Source of the DNA: Mobula hypostoma
Lineage: Eukaryota
Assembly (NCBI RefSeq): GCF_963921235.1
Contig: NC_086108.1
Location: forward strand, 39,000,001 to 39,064,000
DNA length: 64,000 nucleotides
Direction of reading: 5' to 3'
Shown here: positions 51,461 through 62,590 of the stretch, in pieces
How the letters are laid out: the number at the start of each line of letters is the position of its first letter
Numbering within the stretch: position 1 is the first letter of the stretch
Translations under genes and position numbers: made by a program
Notes under the pieces: model-generated
Seen by the model: only the letters and a program-made list of their open reading frames with translations
Database searches by the model: none
What the model was told of the DNA's origin: nothing

Positions 51461-51990
51461 CTGGATTGTAAATCACTGCAGTGCTGATCTACAATGAAAG
51501 TATCCATAAATCTGTCAGAATTCATGTCTTTTATTTCTGCTGCTTGCTGGCACAATGTTAAGCTTGCATTGGTGCATCTGGCTGGTTTTCATCCCTCCAA
51601 CCCAAAAGGGTTAAAGTTAGAAGTCCTGCATGTGTATAAATCTTACTTTGACAAAATTAATTTAGTCTGTAAATTAGTTGTGAAATTACAGCAGGAGCTT
51701 GGAATGCAGTTAATGCAGAGAGACTCTCTTGTTATCTTATAGGGGAGTGAGCAGTAGTATTATTCCATTTTTGATGCTGAAGTAGCATATCAAAGGTTGA
51801 CCTAGTGCTGGCAAAGACAGGGCCATGTTAATCATAAAACATAGGCTTCTCTTCACTGAAAGCTGACAAGTGAAGCCATTTATCAGCCTACCCAGGGCCA
51901 CATTTCTGCAGGGGAGCACAACTTCCAAATCTAAGGTAGGGCTTCAAAGACACAATGAATGGAATATGACTACAATATGCTTTCCTTAAA

Positions 51991-53745
51991 ATAGAAACAT
52001 AGAAAATAGGTGCAGGAGTAGGCCATTCGGCCCTTTGAGCCTGTACCGCTATTCAGTATGATCATGGCTGATCACTCAACTCAGAATCCTGTACCTGCTT
52101 TCTCTCCATACCCCCGATCCCTTTAGTCACAAGGGCCATATCTAACTCCCTCTTAAAAATAGCCAATGATCTGGCCTCAACTGTTTCCTGTGGCAGAGAA
52201 TTCCACAGATTCACCACTCTCTGTGTGAAGAAGTTTTTCCTCATCTCGGTCCTAAAAGGCTTCCCCTTTGTCCTTAAACTGTGACCCCTCGTTCTGGACT
52301 TCCCCAACATCCGGAACAATCTTCCTGCATCTAGCCTGTCCAATCCCTTTAGAATTTTATACGTTTCAATAAGATCTCCCCTCAATTTTCTAAATTCCAG
52401 CGAGTATAAGCCTAGTTGATCCAGTCTTTCTTCATATGAAAGTCCTGCCATCCCAGGAATCAATCTGGTGAACCTTCTTTGTACTCCCTCTATGGCAAGA
52501 ATGTCTTTCTTCAGATTAGGGGACCAAAACTGCACACAATACTCCAGGTGTGGTCTCACCAAGGCCTTGTACAACTGCAGTAGAACTTCCCTGCTCCTAT
52601 GCTCGAATCCTCTTGCTATGAATGCCAACATCCCATTCGCCTTTTTCACCACCTGCTGTACCTGCATGCCCACTTTCAATGACTGGTGCACAATGACACC
52701 CAGGTCTTGTTGCACCTCCCCTTTTCCTAATCAGCCACCATTCAGATAATAATCTGTTTTCCTGTTCTTGCCACCAAAGTGGATAACCTCACATTTATCC
52801 ACATTAAATTGCATCTGCCATGAATTTGCCCTTGCACCTAACCTATCCAAGTCACCCTGCATCCTCTTAGTATCCTCCTCACAGCTAACACTGCCGCCCA
52901 GCTTTGTGTCATCCGCAAACTTGGAGATGCTGCATTTAATTCCCTTGTCTAATTCATTAATATATTGTAAACAACTGGGGTCCCAGCACTGAGCCTTGAG
53001 GTACCCCACTAGTCACTGCCTGCCATTCTGAAAAGGTCCCGTTTATTCCCACTCTTTGCTTCCTGTCTGCCAACCAATTCTTTGTCCACATCAATACCAT
53101 ACCCCCAATACCGTTGCTTTAAGTTTGCACACTAATCTCCTGCGTGGGACCTTGTCAAAAGCCTTTTGAAAATCCAAATATACCACATCCACTGGTTCTC
53201 CCCATCCACTCTACTAGTTACATCCTCAAAAAATTCTATAAGATTCGTCAGACATGATTTTCCTTTCACAAATCCATGCTGACTTTGTCCAATGATTTCA
53301 CCGCTTTCCAAATGTGCTGTTATCACATCTTTGATAATTGATTCTAGCATTTTCCCCACCACCGATGTCAGGCTAACCGGTCTATAACTCCCTGGTTTCT
53401 CTCCCTCCTTTTTTAAAAAGCGGGGTTACATTAGCCACCCTCTAATCCTCAGGAACTAATCCAGAATCTAAAGAGTTTTGAAAAATTAACACTAATGCAT
53501 CCACTATTTCTTGGGCTACTTCCTTAAGCACTCTGGGATGCAGACCATCTGGCCCTGGGGATTTATTTGCCTTTAATCACTTCGATTTACCTAACACCAC
53601 TTCCCTACTAACATGTACTTCCCTCAGTTCCTCCATCTTACTGGACCCTCCGTCCCCTACTATTTCCGGAAGATTATTTATGTCCTCCTTAGTGAAGACC
53701 GAACCAAAGTAGTTATACAATTGGTCTGCCATGCCATGTCCTTGT
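51991..53745 (-). mobile_element. Young CR1 LINE, 5'-truncated, few frameshifts
   Basis: ORFs with QHGFVKGKSCLTNL, ISKFADDTK and YKALVRPHLEYCVQFW; intact 3' UTR with an (ATGTTTCT)-type tail. Confidence 0.95.
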
Positions 53746-53940
53746 TATTGTATAAAATTAGTTTTATATATACTCTCTAATTTCAGTATTTTAACTGTGC
53801 AGGTAAATATATGGGAGCCAAGAAATTTTGGTGGAAAGATTCAAGCCTATTATTTGTTTTATTTAGAGATACAGCAAGGAATAGGCCTTTCCAGTCCTTA
53901 GAGCCATGCCACCAGCAACCACCCATTTTTAACTCTAGCC

Positions 53941-54332
53941 CAGGGGTTCCCAACCATGGTCCATGGATCGCTTGCTTAATGGTATTTAAAAGTCTGTCAC
54001 AAGCCTTGTGGCCCATCAGGCTGGTGCTTATGCCGGTTTCCGTGGCGTGAAGCAACTGAGAGTACGAGACTCATTCCACCCCCCCCTCCCCCACCTGGAT
54101 AGGACGCCAGTCTATCGCGAGGTTAACCCCCAGCATTTTTGCTGGTACCCATTCTCAGCTGGGTAGACTGGAGCATTGTGTGGTTAAGTGCCTTGCTCAA
54201 GGACACACACACTGCCCCGGCCGAGGCTCGAACCCACGACCTTCAGATCACTAGTCCAACGCCCCAACCACTTGGCCACACGCCACACTTAATGGTATTG
54301 GTCCATGGCATAAAAAAGGTTGGAAACACCTG
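53941..54332. mobile_element. hAT-type MITE split by a SINE, itself inside a V-SINE
   Basis: TIRs CAGGGGTTCCCAACC / GGTTGGAAACACCTG; degenerate 8-bp TSD ctctagcc / atcgagcc. Confidence 0.8.
53987..54287 (-). mobile_element. Full-length young tRNA-derived SINE with a CORE-like segment
   Basis: Box A TGGCCAAGTGG, box B GGTTCGAGCC and CORE-like GTGTCCTTGAGCAAGGCACTTAACC; 12-bp TSD cttaatggtatt at 53975-53986 and 54288-54299. Confidence 0.88.
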
Positions 54333-56713
54333 ATCGAGCCTAATTACAGGATATTTCACAATGACCAATTAACTTACTAACCAGTACGTCTTTGGAATTT
54401 GGGAGTACCTGTTGGAAACCCAGACATTATACGTGGATGAAGTACCAGAGGATGCTGGGATTGCACTCTGAACTCCAACGTCCTGAACTGTAATAGTGTC
54501 ATGCTAACTGCTATGTTAACATGGCACCAGAGTTGTTGGAACCATGAGCATTTATCCGGCTCATCGAACTCAGAGAAGCATCCAAAGGGGCTTCTCTGCA
54601 GAGTGCTCAAACGAAGCTGTTTCCACAATGTGCCTGAGGTTTACTATACATGCAGGAGATCGGGAAGGCGCAGGATTGAGGAACTTGTGTGTAATTTGCT
54701 GCAATGGGAAATGGATACCCAGAAGGATCTAGCCGGTACAAAGCTAATGGCAGTGCTGTAACTTGTGGGGTAGTACTGGATGCCACATTCAGTGTTGCTG
54801 CCACATAGCTCCTGTTACCCAAGGCCAGTCGTGACTGCTGCGTGTGAGGTGTTTGCACGTTGTCCCTCTGACTGCCTGGGTCATCCCACATCCTAATGAT
54901 GTGCATGTCGGTGGGTTAATTGGCCACTGTAAATTACTCATGTAGGTGGGATGTGAGAGGGAAATTGATTGGTATTTGGGGGGAGATGGGGGGCAGGGGA
55001 AGCGAACAAATTACAAGGAAATGGGAGAATGGTGAATGGGACTAAGAGGAATCTCTGTGAAGCAGCATAAATTTGAAGGGCTGAATGCACTCCAATGTCA
55101 TAAGGAAATATGGTTGGGGCTCCATTGTGACTGTGCAATTTAATATTATTCCAGTATACAGTTATTTCAAAGAGATGGTTCGATCCACGAAAGCATCTTT
55201 CCAACTTTACATTAAAATTTATTTTGATGATACACTGTAATAAATCATTTCTTCAAACTGAAATGATGTACTTCAAAAATAACAATATAAAATCAAAACA
55301 GTCTTCAGCAAAACAAGCTTATTGCGATAAAATAGCCTGAAGCAACAAGGGCTTGAAAGGATTAAAGTTTTTATAAATATATTTTTTCTCATCACTATGA
55401 AATTCAGACAGTTATATCAAAGCTATCTGCAAGTCTGACCCTCAAAATGGAAACATTCATATTTGAAGTGTGTCAGTATTATGAACACAGACAATACCCC
55501 TTTAATCTTTGAGAGGATGAAAACTTTACATGTTGTAACATTCTGATACAAATGGATACATTTTTTGGCTGTGTTTCAGAGTTCTGGCAGTTAATAGCAC
55601 TGGGAATTACTGCTGCCAAGACCTATTACACATGACTTCTTCCCCATTGAGGAATACCAAAATGTTGTCAGTAAAAACTCTGAACTGTAGATCAGATTAT
55701 TCAAAGAAAAATCATTAAAAGCAAACTCCAATAAGTACTTTTCTCCCTTTCTAGAGTTGGATCAAGAGCTTTGCATTCAAATCCAGTTTCCATTCAAAGC
55801 AAAAACACAAGAAGAAAATAAATCAAACAAGCCTTTCTTTTTTAATAGTATTTTTAGTACTGAAGAAAATAAAAAGAATATAGATAGCAAACTAGATTAA
55901 ATGCAAGCTATCTTTTTCACCTTTGAGATTTGCGTCTGTATCTAACCTGGAATGATTTTTTTTAAGCCTAGAATAAGACTAAGTAGCTTTAACCACCTGC
56001 TAGAAAATGTGGCTCCAAGCACTAAATTAGCTGCAATTCAACATCAAAAGGGCAGCTCAAGTGGGGCTCAAAATGGCTGCTGTTCTGACAAGGTCTAGGC
56101 ATGGTCTTAAAAGAACAGCAGGGGATGGAAAAACAGAACGAATTCACAAGGAATGACAGAGGATGGTTTCAAGATGCTTAACAATAGGGCCCACAGTCAC
56201 AGGTTGGAAGAAAGGTGAATGTATAAGAGGCACAGAAGGTTGGCAGACAGGGTCTTGGCTATAAATTCAAAGGAAAATAGCCACAAAATGGCAAGATGGT
56301 AATCAATAAAGACATTAAGGGACTAGGAAGCACCGTCAATCATACCTGGTGCAGAATAATGCAAAGGTGAATGTATCACATGGAGAATAGGCTAACAAAG
56401 AAAACACACAGGCACTCAAAGCACGTGTACTTATGATTTCATTCATCTTTTTAAATGTAGGGGTAGTGGAAAGGCAACACTCCAGCAAGTAGTGGTGAGC
56501 CACCTCCTGAACTGTCACAGTTCACAGGGGTTCCAGCAGCAGAGAGGTTCAAACAGCAGACTTTTTCTAAAGAGAGTAGGAAGGAGAATCTTTCTCATGG
56601 AAGAAGTATGTTAACAGGAGACTTTTGGTCGCTGTCGACCTGGTTTGGCCTAATAGTGAATGGGGTTGGAAAGAGCATCACTGCAGAGAATCCAGTTTAT
56701 TTGAAAGAGCTGC

Positions 56714-58632
56714 TGAATTGAATTGAAAATACACTCGGACTAAGATATTAACTGTCCTGTGCTATCACCAGTGGGATCATCAGTTGATTTGCCACCTGTC
56801 TTCGGGAGTTTCGGCCCGCTTATGATCAAGACTCCCTTGAGGTGGTGGGCCAGCAGTGCTAAAGCACCACCTCCCACTGGTGAGCTTAAACACTTGGCAT
56901 CTGCCTCTATCAGAGTTGTTGGTCGCTTCCATCCAACAGACAATCTGCTCTTCAGGTGTCTATGCAACTACTGAAGGGTTTGCAAAAGATGTATACACTG
57001 TCTGACTATCTGCCCTTCTGGACATACTTGGTCCATACCCATGCTGATCCTTCCTCTGCTGCCTCAGCTACAGCCCTGCTGGTTGACTTGATCTCTCTTC
57101 TAGTGAAACCAAGGTCACGCAGCCACTTCTGGAAAGTGAACGCAATAAACCCACGGCAGCCTACTTCGAATGGATAGCATGAGACCTTCCACCCTCTGTC
57201 TCTGCACTCTGATCTTAATTCTACATACTTGGTTAACTTACGCTCATGGGATTCATCGATGTTGTCTTCCCAGGAGACTGAGTTCACCAATAACCACTTC
57301 TGTACTGGTGTCAGACCATATGATTATATCTGGACACAACGTTGTGAAATCTATTTGCTTCGGAAACTGCCTTTCCCATCCAGGTCGGCCTTAACACACC
57401 AATCATTGGCTGAAGAAAGTATGCTTGATCGTGATCCTGTGCTGTACACCCCTGACTTGGAGCCTTCTTTCACAAATGATATACGATGTTCTGTGCAGCA
57501 TGGGGCATGAGATAAGTTATGCTGCAGTACTCTCTGCTCAACCGCTTCTGTTACAACTTTGAGAACATTGTTATGTCTCCAAGTGTACATGCCGCTGGAA
57601 AGATTGACTCTGCATGCACTCAAAATATGTTGAAGTGTTCCCTTCTCGCCACAAGCAGCACACCTGTCTGTCTTATCTTCATACCAGGTGCTGAGGTTGG
57701 CAGGTGTTGGGAGCAGGTCGTACACTGCTCTGCATAGAAAAGAAATGCAGAGCGGTTCCATCTGCCACAGAACATTCCAAGACAGATGTCGTTGTTCAAC
57801 ACTTTCCCACCAGGTCCAAGCCCCTTGTTTGGCCAGGCCAGCTGTTTTAGTTAACCTCTTCTCCTCTTGTATTTCTTGTGTTACAAGCTCACGGCGCTCC
57901 TTACCTGAAGAAGACGACCACTACTTGTGGTTTGTCCACCCAAGTCCCTGGTGGCCTAACTGGGTAGCCCCAATCGTCTCCTTGTGCTTCAATCTAGACT
58001 CTGCTTCATCGACTGCTACACGGTCTGATCACTTCCTGCCTGATCTCACATCCGGCTGGGTGTTCTTGATGACATGGTCTTTTGAGTCTTGAAGCACCAA
58101 GAATGATTTTACCTTGGCTACCTTGACCTCTTCAACAAGGGATTGCACTGTGTTGGTAAGCTTTGTCTGGCTACAGTGGATTGCAACATTGGTGAGGCTG
58201 CTCGGTACTCCAAGCCACTTCTTCACATACTTGTTGATCTTCTGTTCCATTGCCTCAACATGGAACATTGACACTTCATAGACAGTTATTGGCCACATTA
58301 TCCGTGCCATCAGTCTGTACTGCAAGCACCACAACTTCAACTTGCCAGGCTTTTCAACAGACGTCAGACCTTTGCTGATCTGTTCTCCTGTCTCTTGAAC
58401 CCTCTTGGTGTGTCTCAGCTCCTCTGTGTACCATCGCCCGAGGCTCTTAACTGGTTGGTCCTGAATGGATGGAATCTCCTCTCCACAAAGGGTGAAATGA
58501 AAGTCAACCAGCTTTCCTCTCCTAAGAACAAGGCTCCTTGACTTCTTGGTCTTGAACTTCATTCTTCCCCAATCCATTAGCTCCTCGAGTCTAGATAGAA
58601 CACTTTCCACTGCCTCTGTGCTAGGACCCAAA
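56714..58632 (-). mobile_element. HERO-like (R2-group, restriction-like endonuclease) non-LTR retrotransposon, 5'-truncated
   Basis: RT C-terminus (WGRMKFKTKKSRSL..PVKSLGRWY), CCHC finger CAACGEKGTLQHILSAC, YTWRHNNVL, PDIIIW, W-E-D..HERKLTKY and FEVGCRGF. About 290-nt 3' UTR ending in a TTCAA repeat. Confidence 0.85.
56765..56883 (-). ncRNA. Putative rearranged (non-circularly permuted) hammerhead ribozyme in the 3' UTR of the HERO-like element
   Basis: CUGAUGA (56783-56777), C-GAAA (56813-56809) and GUC (56832-56830) are present, with perfectly complementary stems I, II and III plus a 12-bp closing helix; see findings. Confidence 0.65.
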
Positions 58633-58879
58633 CCCCTTAAGTAGTTGCATAGACACCTGAAGAGTAGAGTGTTTAATTGGTGAACGTCTTACCAAAAGAA
58701 AGGATGCAGTCAAGTAGCTTACAGACAACAGGAAAGCTGGAAGGACAAGTGGAGTTGGAAGCTGTCAATGAGTCAAGATTGTTTAACGTCATTGCCTGCA
58801 CACAAGTGTCAGAATGAAATAATTGTTACTTTGGATTTGATGCAGCACAAAAAAAACCCCAAAAGATATGATGAGGATA

Positions 58880-60053
58880 TCTTTGAGCATATAACAAGCA
58901 CAGTGGATAGAGGGAAACAGATGGATGTTATTTTTTTGGATTTCCAGAAGGTGTTTGATAAGGTGCACATAAGATAAAGATGCATAGAGTTGAGGGTCAT
59001 GTATTAGCATGAATAGAGGATTGGTTACTCTGGTTGGCCATCAGTGGTAGGTGGTGTGCCACAGGGGTCAGTGCTGGGTCCACAACTGTTCACTATATAC
59101 ATTAATGTTCTGGAAGAGGGAACTGAGTGTAGTGTATCTAAGTTTGCTGATGATATTAAATTGAGTGAAAAAGCAAATTGTGCAGAAGATATGGGGAATC
59201 TGCAGAGAGATATAGGTTAAGTGAGTGGGCAAGAGTCTGGTTGATGGGGTACAATGTTGGTAAATGCGAGGTCATCCACTTTGGAAGGAAAAATGGAAGA
59301 GCAGATTATTATTCAAATGGTTAAAAATTGCAGCACGTTGCTGTGCAGAGGGACTTGGGAGTGCTTATGCATGAATCACAAAAGTTGTTTTGCAGGTGCA
59401 GCAGGCTGTCAAAAAGGCAAATGGACTGTTAGCCTTCATTGCTAGAGGGATTGAATTTAAGAGCAGGGAGGTTATGCTGCAATTGTACAGGGTACTGGTG
59501 AGGCCGCACCTGGAGTACTGCATGCAGTTCTGGTCTCCTTACTCGGAAGGATATACTGGCTTTGGAGGTGGTACAGAGGAGGTTCAGGTTGATTCCAGAG
59601 ATGAGGTGGATTAGACTATGAGGGGAGATTGAGTCGTCTGGGACTGTACTCACTGGAATTCAGAAGAATGAGAAGCAATCTTATAGAATCATACAAAATT
59701 ATGAAAGGGATAGATAACATAGAGGCAGGAAAGCTATTTCCACTGATAGGTGAGACTAGAACTAGGGGACATAGCCTCAAGATTTGGGGGAGTAGATTTA
59801 CGATGGAGATGAGGAGGAACTGCTTTTCCTACAGAGTAAACCTGTGGAATTCTCTGCCCAATGAAGCAATAGAGACTACCTCAGTAAATATATTTAAGGC
59901 AAAGTTCGATAGATTTTTGCATGGTAGGGGAATTAAGGGTTATGGGGAAAAGGCAGATAGGTGGAGATGAGTCCATGGCCATGATCTTATTGAGTGGCAG
60001 AGCAGGCATGGCGGGTCAGATGGCCGATGCTTGCTCCTATTTCTTTTTCTTAT
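58880..60053 (+). mobile_element. CR1 LINE 3' half, decayed
   Basis: DVIFLDFQKVFDKV, KFADD, YRVLVRPHLEYC and LGLYSLEFRRMR remnants plus the 3' UTR. Confidence 0.92.
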
Positions 60054-61997
60054 GTATAAAAGAATAAATAATAATAATTAAAAACATAATATTACATAAT
60101 ATAATGCAAATCTATTAACATAATATTTTCCAAAGGACAGGATCTAAATGGGTAAGGCAAGGGATATTGATAGAGCCTTGGGAGTTTCTGAAATGGAAGG
60201 AGCAATGGTACAAAAAGGAAATTTTTGTAAAGCATATTCTGTGACTGGAGAGGCAGGAGTGAGCATGTACACTCTACAAGGTCAACAACAAATAAAGCAG
60301 CCCAGAAAAAAACCAACAAAGCACTGCTTTTGCATATAAGGCCAGAAGGGTTTTCTCCAAGAAGAAAGCTCCAAATGAGAAAGCTCCAAATGAGACCCCT
60401 GGATAATCCAATGCAAAGCTCTTCAACAAAGCCAGCGAGGATGCTCAAAAAGTCAAAGATGCCTCACTTTTTTTAGTTTAAGCCAACAAACTTAAGACTA
60501 ATTTTCAATTGCAAAGAAACCAAATTGGAACAATCTTGCTGGCATGTACCTGTTGCCTGCAATAACTTGTCAAGATGCAGAGGGCTTACCTAGCTGCCCT
60601 CTGATGTAACCTGAGAGGTGGTGAAACCTTCATAGATGTATAGAAGCCCTACCTACAAGACATCCCAAAAAGCAGTGAAAGCTGGCAAAGGCTCAAAACT
60701 TTGAGGGTTTCAAAATATCCATCAGTCAGATGCAGATACAAATGATGAAAAATAGAATAACTTTTCAAAATGAGTGAATATTTCAGGAATAATTAAGAAT
60801 GCTACACAAAAATAATTGAGTGAATTGTTTTCCTCTGGATTCTGTTTATTATGGTCAACAGTGAAAGCAAACAAGAGCAGATCATTTGGCTCCAACTGGT
60901 GGCTCTGCTTTACCATAAGGTGACAGCAGACCATAATCCACAGCGCCACATTCAGCCTAAGTCCATGTCCTGGTCATGGGGTGGTGCATATTTAATTAGC
61001 AACCTTCACTGACTGATGGAGTCACTGTGATCACAGACCAGGTAACAAAACTAACTGACCCAATAGACGTCTCAAGTCTGTCACAAAATAATAGAACTTA
61101 AGTCAAAATATTGATGAGTCAGTAAGCTTCATAAACCAAGGGTTGTATTCAGAATGTACTGAAATAAAAATAATTGATCTTAACAGCTCCATCAATGAAA
61201 ATGAAGAAATAAAAATTTCCAAGAAATATTGAGTTTCTCTCGCATTTTATGCATTACTTTTTTTTTCATATCCTAGCAGTTCCATTTTTGCTCAGTAAGT
61301 CACACAGATCAGAATGGTTCCAAATCAAATCCTGAGCAGCAATAATAGAATTGATCTCAGTCACACCAGTGTGAATAGGAATGTAAGTCCTCCAGAACGA
61401 CAAACACAAGGGAAAATCTGGAGAAGATTTCACAGGGAGCAAGGGAAATATAGTGTTCAACGTACAAAGACAAAACATAATGGAACTCAGTTCCCGAAGT
61501 CCAAAGAGAAAGGTCAGAAAAATGTGTATTGTCATTCTAACTCATGAACCAATTTATTTATCTTCATGGGTATCTGTCACAGAAAAAGATTTTTTTTACA
61601 ATAAATTTCATGCATTTTGGGATATAAAGAGTTAAGGGCAGCTCCATGATCTGCTGGCACCAAAGATGCATGCTCTCTAAGTCTTCTGATAGAACTGAAG
61701 AAGCCAATACAATGCATCAACAATTTTCTTCATTCATTAGGAACTAGAATGCTTTGTAGGCTTTCGTCCCAGAGGAAACCCAATCAAGATTTGAAAATAA
61801 GCCTTTCTTTTCATTCATTGGATTACCAGCACCATGTTTTACTTAACAACTAGATCAACAACAGAATCCAAGATGGGAATGAGTCACCTTTCTTCCATAT
61901 AATTGATTCAAGGTACATTAGCTCATACTGCAGTATCCTTCCCCTCATGCAGTGATCTCTTAGTGCTCCCCATTATTAAAAAGCAACAAAACACTGT

Positions 61998-62590
61998 CTC
62001 AGACACGAAGAAATCTGCAGATGCTGGAATTTCAAGCAACGCGCATAAAAATTGCTGGTGAATGCAGCAGGCCAGACAGCATCCATAGGAAGAGGTACAG
62101 TCGACATTTCAGGCCGAGACCCTTCGTCAGGACTAACTGTGAAAGAAGAGATAGTAAGAGATTTGAAAGTGGGGGGGGAGGGGGAGATCCGAAATGATAG
62201 GAGAAGACAGGAGGGGGAGGGATCTGGAAAGTTGATTGGCAAAAGGGATATGAGAGGATCATGGGACGGAAGGCCTAGGGTGAAAGAAAGGGGGAGCGGG
62301 GAAGCCCAGAGGATGGGCAAGGAGTATAGGGAGAGGGACAGAGGGAGAAAAAGGAGAGAGAGAAAAAAAATTAATAATAATAAATAACTGATGGGGTACG
62401 AAGGGGAGGTGGGACATTAACAGAAGTTAGAGAAGTCAATGTTTATGCCATCATGTTGGAGGCTACCCAGACAGAATACCCCATCTGTTATTTCTTTATT
62501 TATTATTATTAATTTTTTTCTCTCTCTCCTTTTTCTCCCTCTGTCCGTCTCACTACACTCCTTGCCCATCCTCTGGGCTTCCCCCCATCC
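61998..62590 (-). mobile_element. Penelope-like element 3' fragment with an inverted 5' segment and minimal hammerhead
   Basis: ORF end FCLGSLQHDGINIDFSNFC* at about 62418-62478. AGTC-CTGACGA-AGGGTCTCGGCCT-GAAATGTC-GACT at 62099-62134. About 62480-62586 is an inverted copy of about 62297-62396. Confidence 0.87.

Noticed and set aside
54005..54045. Hammerhead-like GAAAC...CTGATG in the SINE tail
   Set aside because: The core reads CUGAUGG rather than CUGANGA, and no consistent set of three stems could be built.
54215..54287. tRNA gene
   Set aside because: It has A and B boxes but continues into a SINE body and is bounded by a TSD, so it is a SINE head.
60363..60395. 15-bp tandem duplication agaaagctccaaatg x2
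   Set aside because: An isolated local duplication with no evidence of function.
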